A DNA stretch of 64,000 nucleotides from Phoronis australis (taxonomy: Eukaryota; Animalia; Phoronida), in contig NMRA01000557.1 in the NCBI GenBank assembly GCA_002633005.1, positions 205,679-269,678 of the forward strand, in the 5' to 3' direction. Shown here piece by piece: positions 27,001-39,529 of this stretch. The stretch's first letter is position 1, and each line of letters opens with the position of its first letter. Made by a program: the position numbers and the translations under genes. The notes below the pieces were generated by a model. That model saw only the letters and a program-made list of their open reading frames with translations. It did no database searches and was not told the origin of the DNA.

Positions 27001-29152
27001 ACGGATTCATTAAACCCAGTAAATATTTTTGCAACTGCCGATCTGCATATTAGACATTCATATTGCATCATACCCCATCAGAGTAAAACTTGTTATCAAT
27101 CATAGTTGAAAAAATTATTTTTATCATTGCCACAAGACGTTAACAAACGAAGTCAGTGTCTGTAACTGTTGTGTCTACATTGCTGATGAACTTAAATCGG
27201 TCTATTTCCATTTTTATATTAATGATTCATGCCAAAGGTTTGAAATTGCGCCCCCTTAAGAGTTTTGACTTGCCCTGGTGATCACTAGAATCCGAGGCAA
27301 TAAACTTAAAGAAGTTGTTTTTTAACCAGTGTAATATAGCTGAAAATTGTGTGCGTTTTCGTTTGCGAGAGTGTTCTTTTTGAATCAATGGGTTAATCAT
27401 TTTTACGCTTTACATGAAAACACAGATTACTTTTTTAGGTTTACATGTACCAGGTTACCCCAAAAATATTATTTTCAAAGTTTTACCCCTTGAAGTATAC
27501 GCAAAACACCAAGTATTGTGTTCTTACGCCAAAGGGCTCGAAACGCTCTAGCCTTGACGCGAAGCTGTTTACTAAATTAAATATACAAATTTGTGCCATT
27601 GTGGGTAAAAACTGACCGAATAAAATCTTCCTAGAGTAATCTAAATTATTTACTAGCGTTGCAAAAAATGTTTTTTTACAATTATTCTGCTGCTAAAGTT
27701 ATGGTGTGATCTTATGCGTCGACTTTCAACCCAATGAAATATTGCGTCACCTTTTAGCCAGTTTGTTTTTCCCAGATTCTTCAATCAAACGTTCTCCAAA
27801 GAGGTTGCGTAAACGTTCCAACAAATGATCAGAATTGGTTTCACTTCATTATAAGTTTTTGGAATTTTGATATCAGTGAACCGAATTTTAGAACAAATTT
27901 TGCTGAGATGTTGTCATCATCTAATGGGAGATGTTGAAAACATTTTGGAAGTGGCGCGTGTCACGAATGAACTATTTTCTAAACGACGGCATACGTTTTT
28001 TCGTTAAAAAAGGCAGAGAATTACGCAGGAAGATGACGTCGGATGTTTTTCGCTTAAACGGCCGTAACAGGCAAGTTGAATGTCAGTTGAGTTCCCGATT
28101 TTGCATGCACACCCGCCGGTCTTGAGCTCATGTTGATACAAGCTTTTCGACGAGGTGACAAGCGTAACTATCTGGGCTGTGTGAAGTTTCGAGGTCTGTT
28201 TGATCTCAAGAAGCAGTGGCACCTTGCTGTATTTTGAAAAATAGTCTTTATACAACTAGCTGGCTAGATAGGAATGTTCTAGTTTCGAAAAGAATTTTTA
28301 CAGCGAAAGTCACAACAATTTCAGAATGATGATGGATGACCCTATCAACCGATCACAGTCTTCCGTTTTCATGCGCCCATGATTTACATGTAATATCGGC
28401 GCTATGTTCAAACCATTGTTTATGTTGTTCCTAAAATGAACTTGGGTTCTATTGCTGTACCAACATATTAAGAAATTATACAGAAATAAGCAATAATTAT
28501 CTGTGGTAAATCGCTATATACAGCGTGATGAAGTGATGATCAAGAGCAATAACGGATGAGCGCAAATGCGTGATGCTTGTTGAGCATTCCGCTGCATGAA
28601 AACACTTGAGGTAGTAAAATATCCAGTGTTGTATTCTGATTTTTATGCAAATTTACTGTAAAATTTCAAAGTTCGTGCTTGTTTTTATGCATAGAGTACT
28701 GTATAAAAAGTCTAATTTCTAAAGTTAGAAATTATGCTTCCGCGATCTCACTTAACGTTTGATTTTACCACGCCGTCATTAATTCAACATAAAGTTTGAG
28801 GCTGGTGTAATGTCACGCAATTCGTATTTGCACGTTGATTCGATTTTACCTCCTTTCAATAGAGTAACAAAAGTTGATAAACCGATGTCAAGACCGGAGA
28901 TGCCACTGGTGAACGAACAGCGAACAGTTAAATGTTTGTTTGGCCAAAGTTCACCCGCTAAGTCATAAAATGGTAATTGCCGACCAAGGACACGCTTAAT
29001 CCGAATTGGTCGTATACGCTAGGCGACCACTTAGCTGACCCAAGTGCCTACCACAGAGGCGACTCAGCAGACGGCTCCTAGCCGACCGTTGTTGGTCGGC
29101 TGCTGGTCGGCTAGACGACCGGTCGACGGTCAAAAATTCGTGATGTGTGCTG
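24087..29152 (+). mobile_element. ~5.1-kb non-autonomous TIR DNA element, copy 1
   Basis: TA|CAGCACAAAACACGAATTTTTG ... CAAAAATTCGTGATGTGTGCTG|TA; dense GCCGACC/GGTCGGC subterminal repeats; collinear inverted homology to 31619-36732; no intact transposase ORF. Confidence 0.9.
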
Positions 29153-29221
29153 TATAAGCTCCCTGTGGCCGGTTTGCCCCCACGCTTGCCGACGTACTTC
29201 TTTACCGGCTTAACCCCAATG

Positions 29222-29274
29222 CCGGTCGTCGACTAATTTCCGACCGGGCGGACAAAAATTCGTGATGTGTGCTG
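29222..29274 (-). mobile_element. Extra isolated terminal fragment of the same TIR family
   Basis: gtcgtcgactaatttccgaccgggcggacaaaaattcgtgatgtgtgctg|ta is nearly identical to 36684-36732. Confidence 0.85.
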
Positions 29275-31618
29275 TACAACTTAAAACCCAGCTCCAATAT
29301 GTCATGTCCACCAACATGCGAGTTTCTTGTACAAATTTGTTCCATATCTTCGCTTTTCCGACCGATGTCTGACGGGAAAAGGAAAAGAGTCACAGCATGG
29401 TCAAATACTAGGTTGCCACAACCATCACCAACGCAATGTGTTTCGCTTTTCCCTATTATACCATAAGACACGGGAAAACGAGTGGCATTATTTGGCGATT
29501 TTTACACTAAACGCAATGGAGGATGACCGGTGCTGCGATTGGTTGGTCCGATTTTACGTATAATGTTACCACCACTAAGTGCCCATAACTCGAGACCGTC
29601 GAATATACACATAGTGTTTGCGGGATATCTAATTTGAAAGTTGATTTACTGCATGGGTTGTTTTTGGCAATTACATCGCCATGGATGCCACAGGCATACA
29701 GGGGCGATAGTACATCCCCACACAAAGTTATGAAATTCAAAACACAGGAAATAAAACCAAATGAAATATGCATACATGTATGTGAACGTACATGAGTTAA
29801 CACATACCATAAGTCGAGAAACGATTCAGCCACGATAACACCCCGGCGAACCCGCGATCGAGAACGACCGGAAGGCTATCGAGAACGAGATTTGGCGCGG
29901 GAAGTGAAGCCAGGCAAGGTGAGTAAATTTGTTGAATTTTCGTTGTTCTTACTTCCAATGTGAAAAGAGAGACATGAGTTCAAGGCGTAACACATTGAAG
30001 AAGGGCAGGTAGAGGTTTAGGCTAGTGTCTCTTCCAATTATAGGAGAAAAGTTACTTTGACCGAGGCATCGCTTAATCCGAAGGTGATTTGTATGTAATT
30101 GTGGCAAATTGCCGTTATTTTTGGCACTAAATCAATAAATTGGCCATCGAGATATGAAGAAATGACGTGCGAAGATATACCGCAACGCTTGTTTTTTGTA
30201 GTTTTGTCAGGATCTCTGTTTTTTGACGCTTTTATGCTGAAAGATGCGATCGAGAACGCAACGATAAGCGATAGGGAAGGCAAAATTGTGTTTGTTTATG
30301 CGATCGGGAAAGCATCGTGGTGTGTCGAACAGTAATGAACTTTTTACTTATAAAACATGAAAAAGGTTACACAATATGTGTGGTGCAATGAATTAAACAC
30401 ATCTTGTCATTACTCTGTTACTTTCGTATCAAAACTGAACAACAGCATAGCACATTTCCATTAAATTGCCATGAGCACTATATACATGTACATGTACATC
30501 AAGCATAATTTTAGTTTCATAAATAAATTTATTTTCATTTCAGGAAACAAGTTCACTGTTATTGTGAGGCGAGCTTCAATGAACATGTTACCCACGAGGT
30601 GAAGGTACACCCTTCCAGGGTTTTGAAAAGTACAGGCATCTACTTTTAGACGAAACCACTGAGAACAAGGGTTTCTAAACTGAAGACTCACCCAGGAGTT
30701 GTTCCATGTGGCGTGTCAGCCAGGGGTAAACAAACTGTTGCAGCACCCAGATGAAAGCGAGTGTAGAATCTTCTTGTAAAATTATGACAGCAAAAGGAAA
30801 AAAAACAAATAGGGAGTGAAGTCAAAAAAAGATGATGAACTTGCACATGGGGAGAGAGAGGAATGAGGCAACACTTCACGAGATGATTCAAAGATTCCCA
30901 CTCATAAACGTCTGGGATCTAAGATGTGGCCAGACGTTGTGTAAATTGGTGTGCTGCTAAAACAGGTGGGATTTTACTTGATGCTTTACTGATAACATCA
31001 ATACAGAAATGAGCAGATTGACTTGTGGCACCCGTGTGGGTTGAATGTACGTTGTGCTTGACTCTTGTGTTTTGTGGTCTTGGTCCTAAGTCCACCTGCA
31101 TAATCAGTTCATGATCCCCAGTTTAATGTCGCATTGAAAAAGATCGAGACAGTAAGTACACATACTATATTGTGATTTTCTCAAAACGTAGTTGACATGT
31201 TGCCATTAACGTCACTTCAACTACACACTGTAGTGATTTACACAGGAAATCAACAATATTATAGCATTTCTATTATAATATTAATCTTTTATCGCACATA
31301 CCTTAAAATTGGTCTTACAAAAATAAATAAATTTATTGCTTTAGGGAAATCAACTTGACAAATCCATGGAACCTTTCCAACTAATTACTTTTGTAATGTA
31401 CTGGCTAAATCATCACTGAATCACAGACAATGTTTTTAGGATTGATTGATAGTATAATAGTCTCTCACAGGAAATAAACAACATGAAAGCAATTTCTACA
31501 ATAATCATAGACATATATTTTCTATTAAAATACTAATTGGTCAGAACAATTGTATGTAAGTAGGCGCAATGAAATTTAGTATGGCCATTTAAATATACCT
31601 AAACATTACAAAAATATA

Positions 31619-34600
31619 CAGCACACATCACGAATTTTTGGCCGACCAGTCGGAAATTGGTCGACAACCGGCCGTCGACCGTTGTTGGTCGGCTGCTGGT
31701 CGGCTAGGAGCCGTCTACTGAGTCGCCTCTGTGGTCGGCACTTGGGTCGGCTACGTGGTCGCCTAGCGTAGACGAACAATTCGGAATAAGCGTGTCCTTG
31801 GTCGGCAATTACCATTTTATGACTTAACGGGTGAATTTTGGCCAAACAACCATTTAACTGTTCGCTGTTCGTTCACCACTGGCAACTCAGGTCTTGACAT
31901 CGGTTTATCAACTTTTGTTCAACTATTGAAAGGTAATATAATCGAATCAACCTACAAATACGAAGTGCGTGACATTACACCAGCCTAAAACTTTATTTTG
32001 AATTAATGACGTCGTGGTAAAATCAAACGTTAAGTGATATCGCGGAAGCAAAATTTCTAAATTTAGATATGAGACTTTTTATACAGTACATTTTGCACAA
32101 AAACAAGCACGAAATTTGAAATTTACAGTAAAATTGCATAACAATCACAATACAACACTCCATACACGACCTCAAGTGTTTTCATGCAGCGGAATGCTCA
32201 AGAAGCATCACGCATTTGCGCTCATCCGTTATTGCTCTTGATGATCACTTCATCACGCTGTATATTGCGATTTACCACAGATAATTATTGCTTATTTCTG
32301 TATAATTTCTTAATATGTTGGTACAGCAATAGAACCCAACTTTATTTTAGGAACAACATAAACAATGGTTTGAACATAGCGCCATATTTAATCATGGGCG
32401 CATGAAAACGGAAGACTGATCGGTTTATTGTGTCATCCATCATCCATCATCATTCAGAAATTGTTGTCACTTTCGCAGTAAAAAATCTTTTCGAAACTAG
32501 AGCCTTCCTATCTAGCCAGCTAGTTGCATGAAGACTATTTTCAAAATACAGCAAGGTGCCACTGCTTATTGAGACCAAACAGACCTCGATACTTCACACA
32601 GCCCGGATAGTTACGCTTGCCACCTTGTCGAAAAGCTTGTATCAACATGAGATCAAGACCGGCGGGTGTGCATGCAAAATCTGGAAGTCAATTGGCATTC
32701 AAGTTACCCGTTACGGCCGTTTAATTGAGAAACATCCGACGTCATCTTCTTGCGTATTTTTCTGCCTTTTTAACGATAAAACGTATATTGTCGTTTAGAA
32801 AAAAGTTCATTGTGACACGCGCCATTTCCAAAATGTTTTCAACATCTCCCATTAGATGATGACAGCATGGCAGCAAAATTTGTTCTAAAATTCGGTTCAC
32901 TGATATCAAAATTCCAAAAACATATAATGAAGTGAAACCAATTCTGATCATTTGTTGTGACGTTTACGCAACCTCGAGGGAGAACGTTTGATTGAAGAAT
33001 CTGGGAAAAAGAAACTGGCTAAAAGGTGACGCAATATTTCATTGGGTCGAAAGTCGACGCATAAGATCACACCATAACTTTAGCAGCAGAATAATTGTAG
33101 AAAACCATTTTTTGCAACGCTAGTAAATAATTTAGATTACTCTAGGAAGATTTTATTCGGTCAGTTTTCACCCACAATGGCGCAAATTCGTACATTTAAT
33201 TTAGCAAACAGCTTCGCACCAAGGCTAGAGCCTTCCGAACCCTTTCGCGTAAGAACACAATACTTGGCGTTTCGCGTATACTCCAAGGGGTAAAACTTTG
33301 AAAATAATATTTTCGGGGTAACCTGGTACATGTAATCCTAAGAAAAGTAGTCTGTGTTTTCATGTAGAGCGTAAAATGATTAACCCATTGATTCAGAAAG
33401 AACACTCTCGCAAACGAAAACGCACACAATTTTCAGCTATATTACACTGGTTAAAAAACAACTTCTATAAGTTTATTGCATCGGATTCTAGTGATCATAG
33501 GGCGTGTCAAAACTCTTAAAGGGGCGCAATTTCAAACCTTTGGCACGAATCAGTGATATAAAAATGGAAATACATGTAGACCAACTTTTGTTCATTAGCA
33601 ATCTAGACACAACAGTTACAGACACTCATTGCGTTTGTTAACGTCTTGTGGCAATGATAAAAATATTTTTTTCTACTATGATTGATAACAAGTTTTACTC
33701 TGATGAGGTATGATGCAAGATGCACGTCTAATATGCAGAGTCAGCAGTTGCAAAAATATTTACTGGGTTTGATGAATCCGTTTGTTATGAACCACTGCAA
33801 AAGTATGATTACTAATTGTACATTCGAAACACGCCTCTTTAGAATAAAAACATACATGTGCTTGATGATCCTGGGAGTACCTCTTTTACAGGCATGAATG
33901 AAGATATATAGTTGTTAAGCCATAGAGGATAATAAAGCTTACGTAATATCACACTGAGCCATGTACACCAGGCATATACAAAAGGATAAAGTATTTCAAA
34001 AGAAGCCTCAACTACTCATTTTTCATAGTCATAACTACTCATTTTTCATAGTATTACTAAATCGCGAACACCTAGATTTAGATTAGAAGTTACATAGTAC
34101 GATGCTACACAACCTGCTCTCCCCCCATTTATGGGAGGCCTAATTTGAAACATTTAACGACATATCTTTTCTATGCAAGATTAAAACCAAGCAAAACATG
34201 CAAACTCTCCAGGACCAAAAATAAATATATCAAAACCAGACATTTTACTTAAGCAGGAATTAAAACAATCCAATACATTGAGATTGTTTTCACACAGAAG
34301 ACCAAAGAGCAAATAATAAAGACCAAATTCACCACGTCAAGACTAAAAATTTATCACATCAGCACCTACAATTTATCAAGTGAGGACCAAAAATTCTTCA
34401 CTTCAGGATAGAAATAAAATACGACCGAACTGAAAATTTAATAAGTCAGATTCAAAAACTTACCAAGTCAGTAACTTTCACGCCAGAACACCACGTCACC
34501 ATCCCCAAGCATTGGTCTTTCAAAGTGATAATGTCCGTATAAACAATGGCTATATGTTCAACCTCTCGCCGACAACAGACATATTATCTTCGAAATGGGG

Positions 34601-36732
34601 TTGAATTTCTTAGGTCTAATCCACGTTTTACAATAGATGCCAATGTATAGGTACACACTGGATTGTCATCATTGCATAATGGGTGATCATGTAGTCTCCG
34701 GGCATGAAAACAGTTCTCTCCTAACGCAATAAATCCTGGTTGCCAATTGTTTTTGATTCTACAGAGATTTCAATTCCTGAATAGAAAATGTGTGTTCTGG
34801 ATTTTTCCGCTTCAGCTTTCCATTCAGGTAACTAATGCACAGCATGGTATTTTTTCTATCCCATGCGGCTCCACTGCAATGAATCACTTCTGGTACAACC
34901 TTCCGTAAATGACGTTCGTATTTTGCACAATTCCTCGGCGTAACAGTTTTCTAAGAGCTATATATTCATTGGACATGTTTCTGTTTGGTAATCGATTTTA
35001 TTTTCTGTCTCAGGTAGTCCTTGAGCTCATGCTCTGAATGTTTTGAAAACGCAACTCTTTATTTACGCAGATACGTTTTCCAGCCCGTGGGACCGGACTC
35101 GCTGAATTCATCAACCAACATTTATTTTTGAAAATGCCCTCAAAAGTGTAGTTAAAACACCGTGTTGATCATAGTCGTCAGTGTAGAAAAGCGAAATGAA
35201 CAAATTTTTACACACTGCTCAAAGCACTTTTGTGGACATACGGAAACGCCAACGTCTCTGTCTTACAACTCTGCGTGTGCTTGGCATTTCTGATCAAAGC
35301 GCTCTCATGCTTGAAACTTTATTAAGACTGAGCACCGTTTAAAAAATTGTATTTTTTCTTACTGCTGAGCACAGAATTATTCTGCGATTTTAGGACTGAA
35401 ACGGAACCAAATCTCGAATGGTGACTCATTAGAATGTGCAGAATTCGGGGAGGGGGGTGGGTGGCGAAACAAGTATGATTTTTTTATTTTCGCGCCAAAC
35501 ATGTAGTTGCCACTTCTCATTCAGCGTCACTTACTACCTGAGGAGGCCAGATCATACGCTATCAAGATCACCAGACGCTTTGCTTCTCAAAAGTGCACCG
35601 TTGTGTATTTTCTATCATTTTTTTGCCATCGCAATCGCTTTACCAAAGGTACACGCACATATGCCACGTAGAGACAAATACCTCTTCACCACGTTTTCAC
35701 AACTTGTCGTTCACAATTGTTTTATTTTGCATAAATTGTCAATATGTTGTTGACAGAAAATATATATTTTTGGAAGAACGTGAACGACCAACTGATAGGG
35801 GACTACGTGTATACATGTAACTGCTAGCCCAGATTTTACCGTCACGGATACACTGAAAACGGAATTCGCCTCAACAGTGGTGATGTCACCGTCTTAGTTC
35901 GTGGAAATCGTAACCATAATATGATTTCGAAGTCAGAGCCATCGAAGTCCGTGGGTTTAGGGCATACTGGACCGTGAATTTCGCGTCTGTACTGCAAGGG
36001 TCAATACCATGTATGAAAATAAAATCCCTGGAGTGAGAGCTTTTCGCGGTGTAAAAACTCACTCACTAATCTATCATCATGGGCGCGTGATAGGAGACCG
36101 GTGACTAAATTAAAAAACGCAAAAAGATGCAGTTTGGCGTTACACAAACAACTTGAAATCAACTGCGGGCGAAGACTCCTAAAATAGCTGGGTTTACAAA
36201 ATGACTACAGCATTGTATTGACCGGGAAGCAACCAATCTAATACATCTTGTTAACGTAACGAGTCAAATTAAAGATCAAATGTAAAGAAAACTTTCACGT
36301 TTTTCATCCAAAACTTGTTGCATTGTCCATAATCCAATGTTTACTATTACCGCTTGCCTTCAACCTTCACATTAGTGGTATTACACAACCGATGTGAACT
36401 CATGTAACCTTGACAGTAAAACTAGGTTAATTTATTTGACCCTGTGATAAGACGAATATGCATCGACACGCAAGGTGGTATCAGCCGGACAACCTATTAC
36501 GCAACTGCTACTCTAGCCTAAAAATAGCAGCCGACAAGCTGGTCGGCTGATGGCCGGTCGGCTGAAGGGTCGGCTGAAGGGTCGGCTGATGGGTCGGCTG
36601 AAGGGTCGGCTGGGGAGTCGTCTTATGAGTCGGCACTGCGGGCGGCTGCCGGTCGGCTAATTTGCCGACCGGTCGACGGCTAGTCGTCGACCAATTTCCG
36701 ACCGGGCGGACAAAAATTCGTGATGTGTGCTG
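31619..36732 (-). mobile_element. ~5.1-kb non-autonomous TIR DNA element, copy 2 (inverted relative to copy 1)
   Basis: TA|CAGCACACATCACGAATTTTTG ... CAAAAATTCGTGATGTGTGCTG|TA; reverse-complement match to copy 1 along its length with scattered substitutions and indels. Confidence 0.9.
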
Positions 36733-38886
36733 TACTGTTTCTGTTAAAGATCCTTTTTAAATAACACAAATAGAAAGAAACTTGAGTTAAAAATGTTCAA
36801 AACAATTACGTCAAAATACCATCACATCAGACAACTACCAACCATAAACTGTGTAAATCTGAATAGACTATAGTGACTTAACAACCTTCACCACTGGACT
36901 TTATGATTTCATTCATGACGTTTCTGCTTGCTATGCCTGTAGTAGGAGGCATACTGTTTGCATGACATGCCACATTCACCACAAAAAGGAGTGTCCTCGT
37001 GCTGTGACGCAGTGTCGCATCAGGCTCACTGTTTCCGTGAAACATTGATCTCAGACAGGACACTGAATCGACTTGGTTTCTGAGCACGATGCTTCACGTG
37101 TGTTTTTACTATATTGGGAAAGAAACTCTTGACGCATGCAACGCGTCAATCACAGGGCTAGTAAAGGTCTTGCATAGTTGTAGTGTCACTGTAGATTATT
37201 GGCATGTGGTCATACCAAGTCGTTTTTTTAGTTCCTGAACGAGGCTCCCCATCACACACTCACACTCCGCAGCAGTTGTGCTACTCTTCAGTTTTTAAGA
37301 CGTAGACGTTAACACCCTGAAGGACTCGTCGTCATGGCTACAGTTCAACTGAAAAAATCAAACGCATTCAGTTGTTTGTTAGTAAATCTCACTTAGAAAT
37401 AATGAAAAAAACGACGAAATGTAATTAATAATCAACCCATCAACTAATTCAGCCTCCGTGTTATTCTAAAGTTATTGACATAATGCTGTAACGTGAAGGA
37501 CTATTCTGGCCAATGCAGCGAAAAATGTGCGTTCATGATCGTTTTTTTTTCGTTCACGATCGCCATAGAGAATTAACGATATCGTTCCCGATTGCCGTCC
37601 CACACAAGGACCTGCTTGTATTGGTAAGTATCTCAAATGGTTTCACACATCATAACTAACAAGGGTGTCTCCAGGGACAATTAAACTATAAACGTCACAC
37701 GTTTCTTAAGAACCCTGGAATTGCTAATAACAAGTATAAATTGTCGATTTTACGAGGCGCAAGGCATTTTTCCTAAAGCCATTGCTTTTTGAGCTCTTTA
37801 TTTTAAAACAATAAGCAAAAGCCAAGTATTATTTATGATCCACAACAATGGCTACTCTCTGACGCTTTTCTGTGTGTAGCATTAGTGCCAAAGTGGTCTC
37901 TATTTAAGCAGAAATTGACGTCAATTTCGTTTGCCATTTTTGGTGCAAGGTCTCGTTCTCGATGGCCTTCCGGGCTTTCTCGATCGCGGGTTGGTCGGGG
38001 TGGATAATTTGAACAAATCGATAAAAATCTGTCGCGGTTTGCTCGAGTTTCTCTTACAGGGTGCAAATTTTAGGAAATTACGTGAAATCATCCGTGTTGA
38101 CGAATAAAAAGTCCGAGGGACACAAATCTTACAAATTTCATCGGTTTCTTCTCATGCTCTTTTGCAAGTGTCACGCGCCAGCGCCAAGCGCTTCGCTTAG
38201 TCTCGCACTAGCCTTTGCGTAACTCACGTGACTCAGTTGAAATACTTTGTGGTTATCGCGCACGTGGTGAAAACGTTAATGGTGATTAAAAAAGTGGAGT
38301 TGGAATTCTTCGCCATAGTCCCCTTAATTCTCACAACTAAGCTTCATCGAACATGTATATAGAAGTAGAAAGGACCAATGAAGAAAGTAAGCGCTTTTAA
38401 GTGTGGAATGTATTTTTGACGAGGTGAAAATTCCTAATCAGTGACCGTTTAAATTTCATGGGACGAAATGCCAACAGAAAGCGATGGGAAGTATTGTAGC
38501 CCTTAACCTCCCAACCGAAGGGCTAAGTGATGCCTAGGGTTGTTTTTGTGCTCTGAATAATCTTGGTGCCTGCTCCAAGAAAACCGTCATTGCTCGATTT
38601 ATGAATGGTAGTCATATGCTACGCATTGAGTATAAAGTCAACGTTCCCAACGAAATATGACCCGATTATTCGGTGCTAGTTACATGTAGTTGTTAAAACG
38701 TGTGAGTAAACATGAACAATTATTATAATGTAATATTTTTCAGAAATTTTCGGTTCAACGATGTGTCCTTGCTATGAGGCCTTCTTTTGAAGTCATGTAT
38801 TACATCGACAACACATGCTCGGATGCAGGTGGGCGATTCAATTTCATTTTATATCAAAAGGTGTGAGGAGATGGCCTCTTAGAACT

Positions 38887-39529
38887 TAATTCCACTGTGC
38901 TTCATTGCGCAGTGGAGGAGACGACGGAATCGGAGTCGTGGTGTGGAGCAACGCTGCCAGTCGCCTGGGATGTCACGGGAGAGCCATTACTTAGCCATAG
39001 GTCTGTTACAATTGCGCCGGTTGCCTGACTCTGACACTAGAAATCGGATGAGAGCCCCCACCCCCAAACACACTAAAACTGCACACATTTGAATCTTGTT
39101 TCAGCCTTATTATATTAATTAATACAGGGATTAATTAATAAACTCAATATTACCTCATGGTCCTGCCGTTAACCACTTTTTTGCACCGGGCAGCCAAGCC
39201 CACCCCCNTAATTCCACTGTGCTTCATTGCGCAGTGGAGGAGACGACGGAATCGGAGTCGTGGTGTGGAGCAACGCTGCCAGTCGCCTGGGATGTCACGG
39301 GAGAGCCATTACGTAGCCATAGGTCTGTTACAATTGCGCCGGTTGCCTGACTCTGACACTAGAAATCGGATGAGAGCCCCCACCCCCAAACACACTAAAA
39401 CTGCACACATTTGAATCTTGTTTCATCCTTATGATATTAATTAATACAGGGATTAATTAATAAACTCAATATTACCTCATGGTCCTGCCGTTTACCACTT
39501 TTTTGCACCGGGCAGCCAAGCCCACCCCC
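38887..39529. repeat. ~321-bp direct duplication on either side of an N (likely assembly overlap)
   Basis: 38887-39207 and 39209-39529 are near-identical and separated by a single N at 39208. Confidence 0.85.

Noticed and set aside
32990-33060. Ulp1-protease-like motif (LKNLGKRNWLKGDAIFH) on the + strand of TIR copy 2
   Set aside because: The substitution pattern versus the 44-kb copy favours the opposite strand as coding, and no catalytic His/Asp/Cys motifs are visible.
38887-39529. Biological tandem duplication or LTR pair
   Set aside because: The copies abut a single N, typical of unmerged overlapping contig ends.
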